A model generated the notes under the pieces. The model was not told where the DNA came from. It ran no database searches and worked only from the letters and a program-made list of their open reading frames with translations. A DNA stretch of 64,000 nt from positions 7,626,001 to 7,690,000 of the forward strand of contig CM022670.1 in assembly GCA_012295275.1 (NCBI GenBank), read 5' to 3'. Positions 1 to 15,357 of the stretch are shown piece by piece. The stretch is from Chrysomallon squamiferum (taxonomy: Eukaryota > Animalia > Mollusca). Within the stretch, counting starts at the first letter, position 1. Every line of letters starts with the position of its first letter. Both the position numbers and the translations under genes were made by a program.

Positions 1-173
1 AGTACGTAGATTAAAACATAACAGACAACTGATGTACGATATCAGAGCCATTCGTCAGAGCACACAATTCTTTATTATGTACAGCATGATAATTAAGAAT
101 AGAGATATCTTTCTCGTTCTCTCCCTCTATCCCTCTCTAGTTTTCTCTCACTTTCTCTTTTCTCTCACTTTCT

Positions 174-603
<430 letters not shown>

Positions 604-829
604 AAGAAAGGGAGAGAGAGAGAGGGTGAAAAAAAACATAACATACAGTAATTTATAATGATGTAACATTTATTTTTCCCACAAGTGTTGAAAAGCTAGC
701 GAAGGTTTCAAGTTACAAAACTATCTTGTTGAAAAATCTCAGACAAATGAAATTTATTTTTCCCTTTCAGTCCCTCATCTGTCAAACCTTAGCCTGACTG
801 ATTTATATTTCGTGAAAGAAATAGATTGG

Positions 830-1030
830 TTTAATAACAACTTATCATGAGGAAATCGATTACTTTATTAATGACCCATCATGAAAAAATGTACAGCTGA
901 AATCGATTAGTTTTATTAATGAACTATCATCCAGAAAAGTACATCAGAAATTAACTACTACGTTAATCACACCATCATAAAGAAAGAAACGTACAGCTGA
1001 AATCTATTAGTTTTATTAATAACACCATAA
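830..1030. repeat. Degenerate ~45-nt minisatellite
   Basis: Recurrent gtacagctgaaatcgattagttttattaat...catca units. Confidence 0.6.
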
Positions 1031-1743
1031 TCAGTAACTTTACAATCTCTTAAACACGCCATTTTTCTTCTTTCTTCTTTTAATACTCATCTTTGAAGTT
1101 TATTTTAATATTCTAATAACAGACAGAAAAAAGTCTCTCCACTTCGTTCTCAGGGATAGACGACAAAGGGTTAATTTCGTGCGTGTTTTACGTATCATGT
1201 TCAATTTTTCCACACATTTTTGTTTTAATACGCCATTCAGCCTTCATCTTGTTGTTTTTAGCCCGTATTTCCAGCAGGCCATTTGTTTATCCAAAACGCC
1301 GAGCGAAAAGCAGACAGACACTAAAATCGTATCCTGAGCGAAACATGATAGAAAAACGCGAGCGTGAAAAAACAAGATGTAATGATTTATTTTTCGTGTG
1401 TAAAAACAACAGTTTTTCCCTGTTCTGCTGACATTTCGCTAGTTCTTCTCAAAACAACGTCGTTTTTACAGCCCGTGTTTAACTACTGATTGATCCAGTA
1501 ACCAGATCTATATATGTTTACAAAAGAAATCTCTTTTACATATGGTGTTTGTCGATGTTTCAGCTCCCTCTAACTTAGCGCTCCTGTCGTTCTGTTTGAC
1601 ATACAGAGATGAATGGATGATTTAGGAATGTGCTATATTTTTTTTTTTTTTTTTTCTTACTTTCTGTGCAGCCGAGGTCAGAAGGTATCGAGTTCGAATC
1701 CTGTTTTTGGACAATTAATAATATTAATTGAAGAAATTGAAAT

Positions 1744-1882
<139 letters not shown>

Positions 1883-3353
1883 ATATATGAATGAATTTTC
1901 TGGGTGTAAATTTAAAAAAAAAAATAGCTTTAAACTATTCATTGTAATTAACTTCAAATAATATTATATATTTATTTTACATCCATATTTCTATTTTATA
2001 AAATAAATATATAAATAAATAAATAAATCTATTTACTAAAGCATAATTTCTTCAGAGTTTTCGTTTGCTTTCAAAAAAAAAAAAATATATATTAACTGGT
2101 TAACAAAAGCAATATTTAGAATTAAAATATTGGAAACAATACCCGTAATAATAATATCCGTCTAAATCAACAAATTATTTATATTCATTTTTAAGTTCTT
2201 CATCATCCTTTAGGCTAGTATGTGAATATTGTTTTAATTGATTATGGAAACATTAACAATTATATGTAAATAGCATTAACATTTGCATATTAATTAATTT
2301 CCACCATTTGTTGCAGCGTTTTGTATGGTTTTGCTTCGATATTCTTTAAAATAAGTTAATTATGAAAACAAAAGATTTATACATGATGTTCATTTCTTTT
2401 ATCATCAGCGCAGTTTGCATATTAATCCATTCGTGGGAATAAATTTTATTTTGTTTTATTTTATTTCATTCACTGTATTTCATTGCGTGCTGTTATATGC
2501 CACTGTCAATTTCAATGTTGTCAGTTTCAATGAAATTCACACACGGGTCATTTTCTCATATCAGCCAACGAGAAAGAAACAAACAAACAAACAACATTAT
2601 TAGCGCATATTAAAGTTTGAAAATCAAAGATTGACATTCGAGGAATGTAAACATCTTGATGGCGTGAACGTGAAATAAATCTGGGTTACAGATTTTTAAA
2701 ATTTCTTTTCTTCTTCTTTTTTTTTTTTGTTTTGTTTCTGTTGTGAAAGAGGCATTTCGTACGAGCGTCATTGTAAATGTTGTTTGTTACACGGACACGG
2801 GGGGAAAGCCCTGCGGAGTAACAGCATTGTTGTCTGACAAAAAATGACAGGATTCTCTGGATAATGCGACTTAGGGTTGTAATTATCTGCAACCTGTTTG
2901 CTCTCCTCGGCTGTTTGCCTTCACTGTACTCGTTTGTTTCCTTGTTTGTCGTTGTGAAATAGTTGTGTTTTCCTTGGCTCGGCCGCGCTGTCTTCCTCGC
3001 TCGCTGTGACAATAGGAAAGCTTTGCCACTCACAGCCCATCAAAGAGGCAAGGTGGGTCAGGTGCCCTTGTACACTGCCACGGCAACATTCTGGGTGGGG
3101 CTGTGGAAAATGGCCAAAGGGGATGAAAAACAGACCTGTTAAAGGTTATTTTTGGTTAAATAAATCTCAATTGAAGGTTAATTATTTCGTGGATGCCAGA
3201 AAATTTGTTTAAAATGATTCTTAGCCATCAAACGGAAAAAGTTATTTTTACTGAGTATTACAAAAGAGAAATAAGACAAAAAGAGTATCAAAAATAAATA
3301 CATCAAATTTTCCAAATTTTTCTCCTATCAGCTATGATAAATTTTCCTAAATG

Positions 3354-3448
<95 letters not shown>

Positions 3449-4046
3449 CTATCTAATTATCTGTATATTGCATTAACACACCTTAATACGTGTAAAATAG
3501 CGTAACCTCTAAATAAACAACAAATTAAAAACAAATTAAATATCACAAATTCAAAAGAAAGAAGAACAACAAGAACGGGATAATCTTAGACTAAGAAACT
3601 GTATAATAATATTATGTGTACCTCTACACATGTTTGAGAATACAAAAACAAATAAACAGGTGAAGATTAAACACGTTGTTTTATAACGCCTGAAGATAAT
3701 TGTCAAAATTCATCAATCAACAGTGTCCAGCTGTCCACTTCTGGACTTACACACAGCGTAAATGTAATTCTAACGATGTTCACATCTTTGACTTGTTTTA
3801 TAAGCAAAACCTGTTGACTTAGTGAATGAAACTTACACTTAGCTTTTCTTTAAAAAACTCGTTTATGTATCAGAACAATTACAGGTGTGGAAAAGAAACA
3901 TAGGTCGCTGGGAGCAGTGGTCTGTGTCCTTTGTGGTGGACAAACAAGATGTGACCATGTCAATTTCCAATTGTTATTGACCACAAGATAGCCAGAGAGA
4001 GGCGTATATGATAGTACAGGTGTTACAGACAGGAAGAGGAAATCTG

Positions 4047-4145
<99 letters not shown>

Positions 4146-4149
4146 GTAT

Positions 4150-4185
<36 letters not shown>

Positions 4186-4732
4186 AATAGAGTTTTCTGT
4201 TATATCGTAGCTCTTTCCAAAAACTGTGTTGACATCCCAGGAATAGACCAGTGATGTATTTACCAGCTGATTCGTTTTGGCCAGGAACAGGTGTTTGAGA
4301 CAGTCTCGTTATTTGTGGATCAGTGGTAGATTTCACATCAGATTCGAACTAGAGCAGATACCTGCTTTCATAGGGATTGTATCTCTGTAATTATGTTGCG
4401 TTTTTTCTTTTTGTGTATATATGTATATTTGTCTGTCTACACACACACACACATATATATATACATACATACAGAGAGAGAGAAAGATACACATACATAT
4501 ATACATACATTTATACACACACACGCGCGCGCATATATATATATATATGTGTGTGCATATACACACACATACACACACACATATGGAAACAGAGAGAGAA
4601 AGAGAGAGGGAAGGAGGTAGAGGGAGGAGGGAGATATATATATAAACTGGAGCTTTATCTTTGAATGGAGTATATATCTACCATAGAAGCATAAATTTCT
4701 GTTTGTTTACAAACTTTTTGTTTTCTCTGCAG

Positions 4733-4861
4733 GTTTTCAAAGGCAGGAACACGCAGGAAGTTCTGAGTTCAACAAGTGACTGACTGACTTGTAAATTGTG
4801 TTGAGCAGTGCGGAACCGACAAGATTGGGAAAATCTTCTTAATGGTTCAACGAATATGCAG
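4733..4861 (+). other. Probable non-coding 5' UTR exon of the protocadherin gene
   Basis: Strong acceptor tttttgttttctctgcag| at 4732 and strong donor CAG|gtaaga at 4861. Candidate downstream acceptor tttttcatttcag| at 9216 lies before the ATG at 9407. Confidence 0.5.
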
Positions 4862-5214
4862 GTAAGAGAAATTCGAGTTCGACTAAGTTTTACTAGTTTG
4901 GCAGTTTTAAAACTAATAGTTCTAGCAGAAATACAATATTTAGACTATATCTTATTTCTGATTATTACTTTTCGGGAACAGAAAAAATAAATAAAGAAAA
5001 ATAACGAAAGAAAAAAAAAAACCCACGAAAGCAGCAACAACAACAACAACAAAAAAAAAAAAAAAAAAAAAAAAAACCTGTTGTATTTATTCATGTTATT
5101 TTATTAATTTGTTAATAATGATTGTTTTATCATTATTATTATTATTAATGTTGTTATTCTTGTTTTTGTTGGTCTTCTTCTTCAAAGTCACTATTGCAGT
5201 AACTATTATCCATT

Positions 5215-5245
<31 letters not shown>

Positions 5246-6805
5246 TTCATTCATTCTTTCATTCATTCAGATATGTCTGTTATCAAATTCTTTTGATCTT
5301 TATAATGTTTTTACATAAATCAGTGTCTATGACGTGGAAACACATTAGTCCTGAAATAAATTACATTACGTCACTGTCTGTCCTAGGCCGTTATCTGCTG
5401 CGTGACGTTAAATACTGCTTGTTACGAAAGACGTAAATTATTTACGTCTGTAGTATATTTCAGAATGTGGATTCGTTTAGTTCTGTAATTCCATGTAAAT
5501 ATTAAAATTTAGAAAATTTTAAAACTTTTAATTTAGAAAATTGCTTATAAAATACTTTGAACGAATACTGATAAAAATAAGATAAAATGTTATTTTGATT
5601 TAAAGAATTTGATAAAAATAATAATAATAATAATAAGACAACAACAATTTCAAAACCAACAATAATAATAATAGTACTAGTAGTAATAGTGTTGGTGGTG
5701 GTTATGGTGGTGGAAGGTGAGTAGTAGTAAAAGTGGTAGAAGCAGCAGTAGTCATTATTATTTAAGTAATACTTTTATTTGAGGATTTGGTGTAATTATC
5801 GATTTAATAGTAACAAAAGAAAAAATTTCGAATTAATCCTATATATGCACCTATTGTCTCTTACATTACAAAATATTAGTTAAAAAACAAAACGTGGGAA
5901 TCACACTTCAATTAACTCCACACCAAACGAATTAAATAATTTTAATACCTAAAACATCCTAAATAAAAATAACAGCAAATCAAATCCCTAAACCTTTTCT
6001 GAATAAAAAAAATGTATATATATATCGTAAAACCAAATTCCTAAAACTTTCCTAACAACAGAAAATCACGCACGTTATTGAAAAGAACCACTTAACATGA
6101 AGGAGTATAAAATTTAGAAATGTTCATCATTCCCACAGGAATTCTTAATTTGTGGCTTTTCTCGTAATGGTGATAAACGTCGCAACTCCTAAGTTTAGCT
6201 TGGACAACAAAAACGTTACTTCAGCGCTTTACATTCAGGGATCTCTTGACGTATATGAGCAACACTGTTAGTTTTTCAACCGATAATCAGTAAAACAAAC
6301 ACGACTTTTGATCTGCCCTGATTGGAAAGCACTTAGCTAACGCAATTTTTGCAAACCACTGCGAAGATACCCGCACTCTTCAAAGCTGTTTTGAATTCTG
6401 CTTGTGTTAAAGATACATTTCGCGTGTCAACATTGGCCGGCTAATCACTTCTCCTAGCCAGCGGCAGCGGTATTTTCAAACTGATATGCTCGTCCGTTTA
6501 CGAGATGTTTCATTAGATTCTGTAACACGAGATGCAGCGGTTTGTGTGTTTGCGGAGTTTCTCTTTCTCACTGGATTTGTTGGCGATGTTTAGAAATAGT
6601 TTACTTTATTCTCTGGAAAAAAAAAAAATTTAATCTTGTGATCTTCTGTTGATGAATCGTTTGTACGCATTAATTAGTTTTTTTTTTTTTTTTTCTTTCT
6701 TTCTTTTTTTTATCTTGGTTACATTATTGTATAACTATACTTTTCACTTTCTGCTTTCTGTTTCTTCATCCTTTTTTCTTATTCTTCTTCTTCTTCTTCT
6801 TCTTC

Positions 6806-6871
<66 letters not shown>

Positions 6872-7589
6872 ATATGGGAGAGATGACAATAAATGTTGTG
6901 GCATTATTTTAGTAACATAGTAATACAATTAATAGATGTACTAATTGTAATGGCACCAGCAGTAGTAGAGAAAGAATAAGAAAAAGTTGTTGTTGTTATA
7001 TTTATAAACAATTAAGATATCAACATTTGTGTTGTTGGTGTTTATGGAACTTCAGTCATTGTATTGACAAAATAAAAAATAAAAAATTAATAAATTAATA
7101 AAACAAAATACCGTTGATTCGTAATGTTTAATGAAATCTAGCTCATATCCATTCTTTCTAGATAGTTCAAAATATAGAGCGAAATAAATATCTGGATGAT
7201 AGTCAAACAATTATATCGATATATAATAAACATACACTTAGATGATACGTAAAATACCTATGTCATATAAAGGTACCTATCCCGCGATTGTGTATATAAT
7301 TTGACTGCGTACTAGATCCAGCCATGACGTATTTGGAGTGTCCTATATAGGTTACAGTTTTTCCCCTATGTCTGTCATTATTTTATGACCAGAATCAGGT
7401 GTATGGCTTATCATATTGTGGGTGTATATGTAGTTCATAACAGTAGTTAATAAACACGTCGTTTTTTGACATTCGCTGATTTATTACGAGACTGCGCTAT
7501 CTTTTGATCTTCCTGAATAACACACAGCATGTCGATTTTCTAGGACATATCTAGAAAGTTAGTCATTAATGATGTGATTTGTGACAGCT

Positions 7590-7620
<31 letters not shown>

Positions 7621-7820
7621 CAAATGACGTCGATAACTTTCCTGAAAAAAAACGAATGTCATTAATGATGATATTATGATGATAATGGTGGTTTATGGCA
7701 ATGACAGTAATAATAATGACGTAACATTCTGTGTTACTTACATTTCTTTAATATATTTCATAAGCCAGTCATAAACGATTATGATTTCGATAATAGTAAT
7801 TATGAGGAAAAAGTGATGAA

Positions 7821-7875
<55 letters not shown>

Positions 7876-8114
7876 GATAAATAAATAAATAAATAAATAC
7901 AACTTTCAGAACAAAGATACGAACTCGCTATGTATCGTTCCAAAATCCCAGAATACTTTGGTTTCTGAGCAACTTTAGAGGCATTTTTATTACATCAGTT
8001 TTTTCATTAGTTTCAGCCTTTTAAAAATCTCCCACATAATCCACTAATCATAGTCAGGTTTATACAGACATTTATTTAAGTACAAGAAATCTGCATTACT
8101 TATATAAGTAATTT

Positions 8115-8317
8115 CAGTGGCGGATTCAGATCTGAGAAAAAGGGAAGTCATCATTTTTTTTTTTTTATCTAAGACGAAATGTATTCATCATTTTTGTTTC
8201 TAAAACCTTTAAGACGAAATGATGTCAGTTTTGAAAAACCAAAATGCATTAAATTTTAGACAAAACATCGGGAGTGGATCGTAAGCCAGGATAGTCCCTT
8301 CTTCTGAACTCGCCCAT
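8115..8317. mobile_element. Possible decayed MITE
   Basis: Left end cagtggcggattcaga and right end tctgaactcgccca form an imperfect inverted repeat, resembling CAGTGGCGGATCCAG-type MITE termini. Confidence 0.35.
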
Positions 8318-9406
8318 AGACGTAACGCACCTTACATCATGTGATGTAATATTAAATTCTTTTACGCAAGTTACGTCTTTGTGAATCAGAAAAAAAAAGA
8401 TCACGAAGGATCAAGCGACAGATAAAACTGACATGAATACAGTCTAGATATAATTAAGTTTCATACTGTGTCGTGGGATTAAGCTGTGATGTTCATAAAA
8501 CCAGGGATCATGTCTTTAAAACTGGAAGATTTGTGTTTAAAATGGGCTTAGTAAAGTGCTCTTTGTCATTAATCCTGGCAACCAGATGGAGCGGTAGTCT
8601 AGCAGTATCTGAAATGAATTTTCTGTGGTAAAGATAAGAAATATAAATGTGTGATACGTTTGACATTAATGTCATAATTATTGTAACGGTTATGTAAATG
8701 TTTAACAGATATGTGATACTCATGTAACTTAGTGAAACAATGAAAAATATATTTACCTACCCACACACATACACATATATATATACACGGGTTACTGTGA
8801 AGCTGAAGTTATATTGGATAGGTAATGGAAATATAAATAAAATGTAAATGTAAAAGTGATGTAATTCAGATAAGGAAAAGATAATTTTTATGAAATGAGG
8901 AAATATTAAAATAACAAAATAAGTGGTGAAAGTATAATTCAGAAAGTTGGTATGATTACAATTAAAGTTAAACAAACATTATTCATTTATACATATTCAT
9001 TAGTTCGTTCATTATTTCGTTCATTAATTCGTTCTTTTTAAATAAATAAAAAATAAACGTTAAAAATTCACAAAAAAAAAAAAATAATAATAATAATAAA
9101 TAACTGTAATGACAGTTAATTATCAAGTTACTGCAATTTATACAAATTAGCATTGATTTCTAAAACATTAAAATGGTTTTGACTTTCTAAATTATTATTC
9201 ACATTTTTCATTTCAGAGTTAAATGTTTGGTGTATTTTAATTACCACTGATTGAAAAATATTTCAGATTTTCTTTACGACAGAAAACTTTATTTTGCCCT
9301 TCTTAACCATAGCTCGTTGTTTTCGGTTTCAGATTTTCTTTGTCGCTGAAGAATTGTGAACAAATTAAAAACGACGTGAAGACAGCTTAATTAGACGACT
9401 TGCAAT

Positions 9407-12400
9407 ATGATCTCTTTACCATCAACATTCCTCGCCCTACTACTCTGTCTTCTTTACGTCGACGCCATCAAACTGACTTACTACATCAAAGAAGAGGAAC
9501 CCAACGCCACCCTCATCGGCAACATCGCCAACGATTCCAATCTACGAGACTTTGTGAGCGATGAGGAATTCACGCGAATACAATACAGCTTTCTGACACA
9601 GGGAAACCCGTTCGCGCAGTTATTTACAGTGAGAAACGACACGGCCGACCTTCTGGTTGCCAGAAGAATTGACAGAGAAGTCTTGTGTAGCTTTCTAGAC
9701 ACCTGTTTGCTATCTTTGGAATGCGTGGCCAAATCGAATATAGGATCTTTTTTCCTGAAAATCCAGTTGGAAATAATTGTCATCGATGTGAACGATAACA
9801 GTCCGCAGTTCGTTGGCAATTCGGCTAAACTGGATATTTCTGAAGGAACTCCTGTAGGTGAAGAATTTTCTCTTCCCAGTGCCGTGGATAAGGATGCCGA
9901 GGTGAATTATTCTGTACAGAGCTATCAGCTCATCTCGCAGGATTCCGGAAATAATCCGTTCATACTGAAAACAAGCATTGGCAAAGATAATAAGGTTGCC
10001 GTGGCACTCCAGCTGAAATATCCTTTAGATCGAGAAGAAGTGGACACGTACAATTTTACACTATTAGCAAAAGACGGTGGGCAGCCGCCCAAGAATGGAA
10101 CTCTATCTCTGACCATCAAGGTAACAGATTTGAATGATAATTACCCAGAGTTTGAACACAGTTCTTATGCAGTAAACATCTCGGAGAACATTAGCGCTGC
10201 CTCGATCATCGTGCATATTTCTGCAACCGATAAAGACGCGGGTCAGAATGGAATCGTGTCGTATCATTTTGCAGCTCGACAACCTGCGAACGTTCTGAAA
10301 TTCTTTGAATTAAACCCAAACACAGGTAATCTACACATCAGCCAGTCATTGGAACACGAGGCGGGTAAACGTATGTCGCTGCAGGTAGAAGCCAGAGATC
10401 ATGGCAGACCATCTAAGACAGCCGTTACTGAAGTGGAAGTGTCTGTGTTCGACACTCACAACGACCCTCCGGAAATCCACATCAATGTTTTCTCTTCCAG
10501 CGGTATGGCAGAGATCTCAGAGTTTTCAGAAATTGGGACGAGTGGTCGCCCACATTGCTGTAGAGGATCCAGACACGGGGATCAACGGCATAGTGCAGTG
10601 CTCAGTGACAGCTGAACATTTCCAACTGAGAGGTCTGGACGTTGATGAATACAAGGTAATCCTGGTCAAACTGGTGGACAGAGAGTCAGCAGAAATACAC
10701 AATGTAACTGTCACATGTCGCGACAAAGGAAACCCACCAATTCAAGTGTCTGAAAGCTTCATTGTGAAAGTTATAGATGAAAATGACAATCCACCAGTTT
10801 TTGTACAGAGCACTTACCATGCTTCCATTGAAGAGAACAAACCCAAAGGTTTTATCATCACTAAAGTTAAAGCTACTGATGCAGATAGAGGCGACAATGG
10901 GAAGATTTCATACAGACTGATGGAAAATGCTGGTTTTCAGTTTACCATAGACAATGAGGGAGTACTAAGGACAAACGTGTCATTCGATCGAGAGAAACAT
11001 TCACAGGTTGTGGCTAAGGTTTTGGCCGTTGATCACGGATCTACGAAACTTACTGCTTCTGCCAATGTTATAATCTCCATCAAAGATGTCAACGATAATG
11101 CTCCAGTGTTTAGTGAAAACGTCTTCTACTTCAACGTGCCTGAAGAATCACCTCTGGGGACTTCAGTCGGTCACCTGAACGCTTCTGACAGTGACGAGAA
11201 CGAAAATGGGATCATCATGTTCCAGAGAGATCCGTTCACCGATCCAAAGATGCCTTTCGTCGTGTATGCAGATGGCGCTGTTAAAACGGGAGATAAGCTA
11301 GACCGAGAGTTTCAGAACCGTTACGAGTTCAGAGTGGAAGTTACAGATCTTGGAAAGCCTCCGCTGATGTCAACAGCCCGTGTAATTGTCACGATAGACG
11401 ACGCCAATGACCACGACCCTTTCATTGTGTTTCCTAACTCATCCAACGACACCATCCCAATTCCGCACACTCTGGCAGTAAACACGGCATTCACTGAAAT
11501 TGTTGCCTACGACTTGGACGACGGCGTAAATCAGAAACTTTCTTTTCAGATCGAAGGTGGAAATGGAAGTAAGCTGTTCAGAATCGGATCAACAAGCGGT
11601 ATTGTGTTCGTCGACACTCAGTTCAAAGACTCTGATGTTGGGATTTACAACCTGGTGGTTGCAGCACGAGACCACGGCACGCCGCAGAGGGCGACTCACG
11701 TGGAACTTTTCATCGACGTCTTCTACGGAAATGCTACAGCGACTCCCACGGCATGGCATCAGTCAGTGAACATCATCACGGCTTTTGTGTTGGTTGGTGT
11801 CACCGTCCTACTCGGCGTAGCGGTGATTTCTGCCATCTGTCTCATGCGTCGTATTGATCGTCGCCGACGGAATTACAGTGCCAAAACAGAGGAGCAGAAA
11901 GTCATAGCTAACATGAAGTTGTACGAAAGCAATACAGTGTCGCTGTCTAAGAGTTCCTCGGATCGAATCTCGGAAACCGACAGCGAAAAGAAAAAGAAAG
12001 AAGTGAGTTTTTCTTTGGATGAAGACAACAATATTTCACTCTCTTCGTCCGGATTTGAGAGGGGGACGGAAACGACAGACAGCCTGTTTACAATACAAGA
12101 GGATCCGTCTCACGAGGTTGGTGCAGTTCATTGAAATATAATTATGAAGTAAAAATGAGTGCAAAATTTTAATATTAATCAGAGAACAAATTAAAGAAAA
12201 AGGCTGTAGAAGGATTGTAAAGAAAAGCGAAAAAAAAAAAAAAGAGAGAGAAAGATTGATTGTCATAATAATGAATGATAAACAAAAACAACAACAAACA
12301 AACAAACAAACAAACAAACAAACAAACAAACAAATAAATAAATAAATAAATAAATAAAATGTTCATTCGTTTATTTATTGTTCATTGCAGCCATCTGATA

Positions 12401-12689
12401 AATCGAGACAAAGGATCAATGGAAACCCTTTCACGTCTTTTCACGTTCACCCTTCCAAAGAATTTGTTACCAATTTCCGCGTCAACGACGACAGCGGAAG
12501 TGACCTCTCAGGTGACGTTAGTGTCAGCGATAGCGGCAAAGGTGGCAGCGACGTCGAAATACAGAGTCATGGCGGCTCATCTAATGTGATTGAAAATTCT
12601 GGTGAGTGCATTTATAATTATTTTGTTTTATTTATAATTGATTCCTGTAATATGTAAAAGAAGAAGAAAAAATCAGAGAGAAAGAGATG

Positions 12690-12785
<96 letters not shown>

Positions 12786-13434
12786 AAAATACAACATTTA
12801 TGTGCATTTTTATTAATAAAATACAGTACAATTCTAAATTTCCAAACTTTCCTCTGTTAATTTTAGTCGTGTAAGTATGCAGTGAGAAATGTAAATGTTT
12901 AACATTACAATATTTGTAATTTCAGATTCCTGTCCCGCGGTTCCTCCAAGATATCACCAGCCAGTTTATCAACACAGTAAAAGTTCTCCAGTTAGTTTTT
13001 CCACTTTCTACGGCGGAGCCAACACTCCAAGTCCTGTGAACTGTGACCCTAAACAAAGACCTTCACAGTGCCACAGTTCTGACCCTTCTAAAACAGCAGG
13101 GCCCAGTTACAGCGTGCTACAACAAAACTACCTGAATGCACAAAGACAGAATTCGAACTATCGTCCCCACCCCCGGGACAACTCTTACCAGGGTCGGGAT
13201 GTTAACGGTACTTATGTTAAACTGAAATCAAATCCAACGGAGAGTGAATATATGGTCATGGCTGTTCCTCGCGTCCGTGGCAACAGTTACCATGACGACA
13301 CGACGAGTGAAATGACGTCGGCGTGGGATGATGCCACGACGACGACGTCCGGTAGTTACACTGTCGATGCAGACGAACTATGTAACGAAATAGATAAACT
13401 GTTTTTCACTCAGAGTCAAGATGTGATCGTTTGA
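9407..13434 (+). CDS. Protocadherin (7 cadherin repeats, delta1-like architecture). Coding exons 9407-12116, 12391-12601, 12926-13434; about 1140 aa if the +1 frameshift at ~10535-10541 is corrected
   Basis: Signal peptide MISLPSTFLALLLCLLYVDA. EC1 starts YYIKEE..IGNIA and contains IDREVLC. Linkers DVNDNSP, DLNDNYP, DTHNDPP, DENDNPP, DVNDNAP, DANDHDP; repeated AxDxD and LDRE motifs. TM helix IITAFVLVGVTVLLGVAVISAICLM followed by RRIDRRRR. Splice sites GAG|gttggt (12116), ttgcag|CCA (12391), TCTG|gtgagt (12601), tttcag|AT (12926) give matching phases 0 and 1. Confidence 0.93.
12692..12782. repeat. (GA)n microsatellite in the last protocadherin intron
   Basis: Seen directly. Confidence 0.95.
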
Positions 13435-14652
13435 TTCCTTCCAAGTGATTATTATTTCTGCCATGAACAGATCTTCTAAAAACCGTCTTAAACCAAGCAG
13501 TCCCTGGCGTTTATTTTGGTTGAAAACAAAATGTGATATTTCTGCAGAAGCCAGTGCGTTATCAGGTTTGTGGGATAAGGAATGAAAGAATGTACGCACG
13601 AAACCTCACTGTTACCAAGACGTCTCTAATGGCTGTTAACCATTTCCCTAGACAATTCATTGTGGTTCATTTGTTTCAGCGGCAGATTGCGTGTAAACAA
13701 GACCACCTAGAAATATCATCTTGTTATCGACAATAGAAAACAAATGCCATCAGAAACGCAGAGAACAATGTTTACAAAGTTGGAAGTGCGGAGGAACGAC
13801 AGCTGTGTTTTGTGATTACAACAATTTCTTGGTGCTTTGACAAGTGCCCAATTAATTCTCACTTTGGTGCTATGTTATTTGATTAACTTTTGTTAGTGTT
13901 ATTTATGTTTATTAATGTATATTAATTATAGTCTTACCTTTTTTAAGGTATTCATGCCAAAACCAATACAATATCAGTATTTATTATAAAATTTCGCAAA
14001 TATGACATTGGTATTTTTCAATATTTGTTATTAATCTTGTTCAAAAAAAGGAATGTCCATTTCTTTAATTTAGTATTGACATAGGAATGCTATGTGTGAA
14101 CAGGGTATTAAATTTAAATTCACTGAAGTTCGTAAGTTCGCATCCCAAATGGTAATAATATAACTTTATTGTCATGAACAAATTTGACATAATTATATGA
14201 AGGACAATGCAAGGAAATTAAAACCTAGAGTATCTTCAAACACAAACCCTTAATTCTACAAACATCACTGAATTAATGTTTTTGTTACTAAATACCTAAA
14301 ATACTTAGATATTTATTTGATATCATTATTTTTGATTAGCATTCCAAGAATGTAATACCTGAATATTTAACGGTATCGTTGAAATTGAACGAACTGGTTT
14401 GATACGAAACTAGTCAGTTTCTGGTACAGGTATTCCAGTCTCGCTAATTACCGGTGATTAAGTAATTAATCAATGTGATGTATTTGTTAGCGAACGGAAC
14501 TGAAATATTAATTGATACTTTTCGACCGTTGAAGCAAAATGAACCGTTATCACTGAAACCGACAGGTTTTGCATTCCACGTTAATTAGACATCAATTTCA
14601 GTCGATTATTATTGGCATTCCTTCAGATTCTTCAAATATTACTACTGTTAGT

Positions 14653-14746
<94 letters not shown>

Positions 14747-14830
14747 TTGCAGTTATTGTTAATGCTATCATTATTATCATCACTATCATCATCATCATTT
14801 TGCGGCAGAAATTAAATATTGTAAAAGAGT

Positions 14831-14869
<39 letters not shown>

Positions 14870-14963
14870 TATATTCATTTACTTACTTAAATATTTATTT
14901 AGTTAGTTTTATTTATTTATATTTATATTTATTTTATTTTTTATTCATTTATTTATTATTTTG

Positions 14964-15009
<46 letters not shown>

Positions 15010-15292
15010 CACATGTTCTTTCATTCATTTTATTTCCTCATTTGCTACTATATAAAATATTTCTCTAGCCCGAAGCAATAAATAAATACATGACATGTTT
15101 ATGAAGTATTATGATTTCTTATGATTAACACATCAGAAGTGGGTTTTTTTAACATTAGAATTTTTTGTTTCTCTTATTTTTATAACACGATTATGTTCTG
15201 GTAATAATGACTTGAAACATTTAATCTGACTGACTCATTTGTTCGTTACTTCTGAATACTTTCATATACTGATGTACCTATTTTAGGTAAGA

Positions 15293-15357
<65 letters not shown>

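Noticed and set aside
9481-11769. Antisense and alternate-frame ORFs within the protocadherin
   Set aside because: Shadow ORFs of the real CDS.
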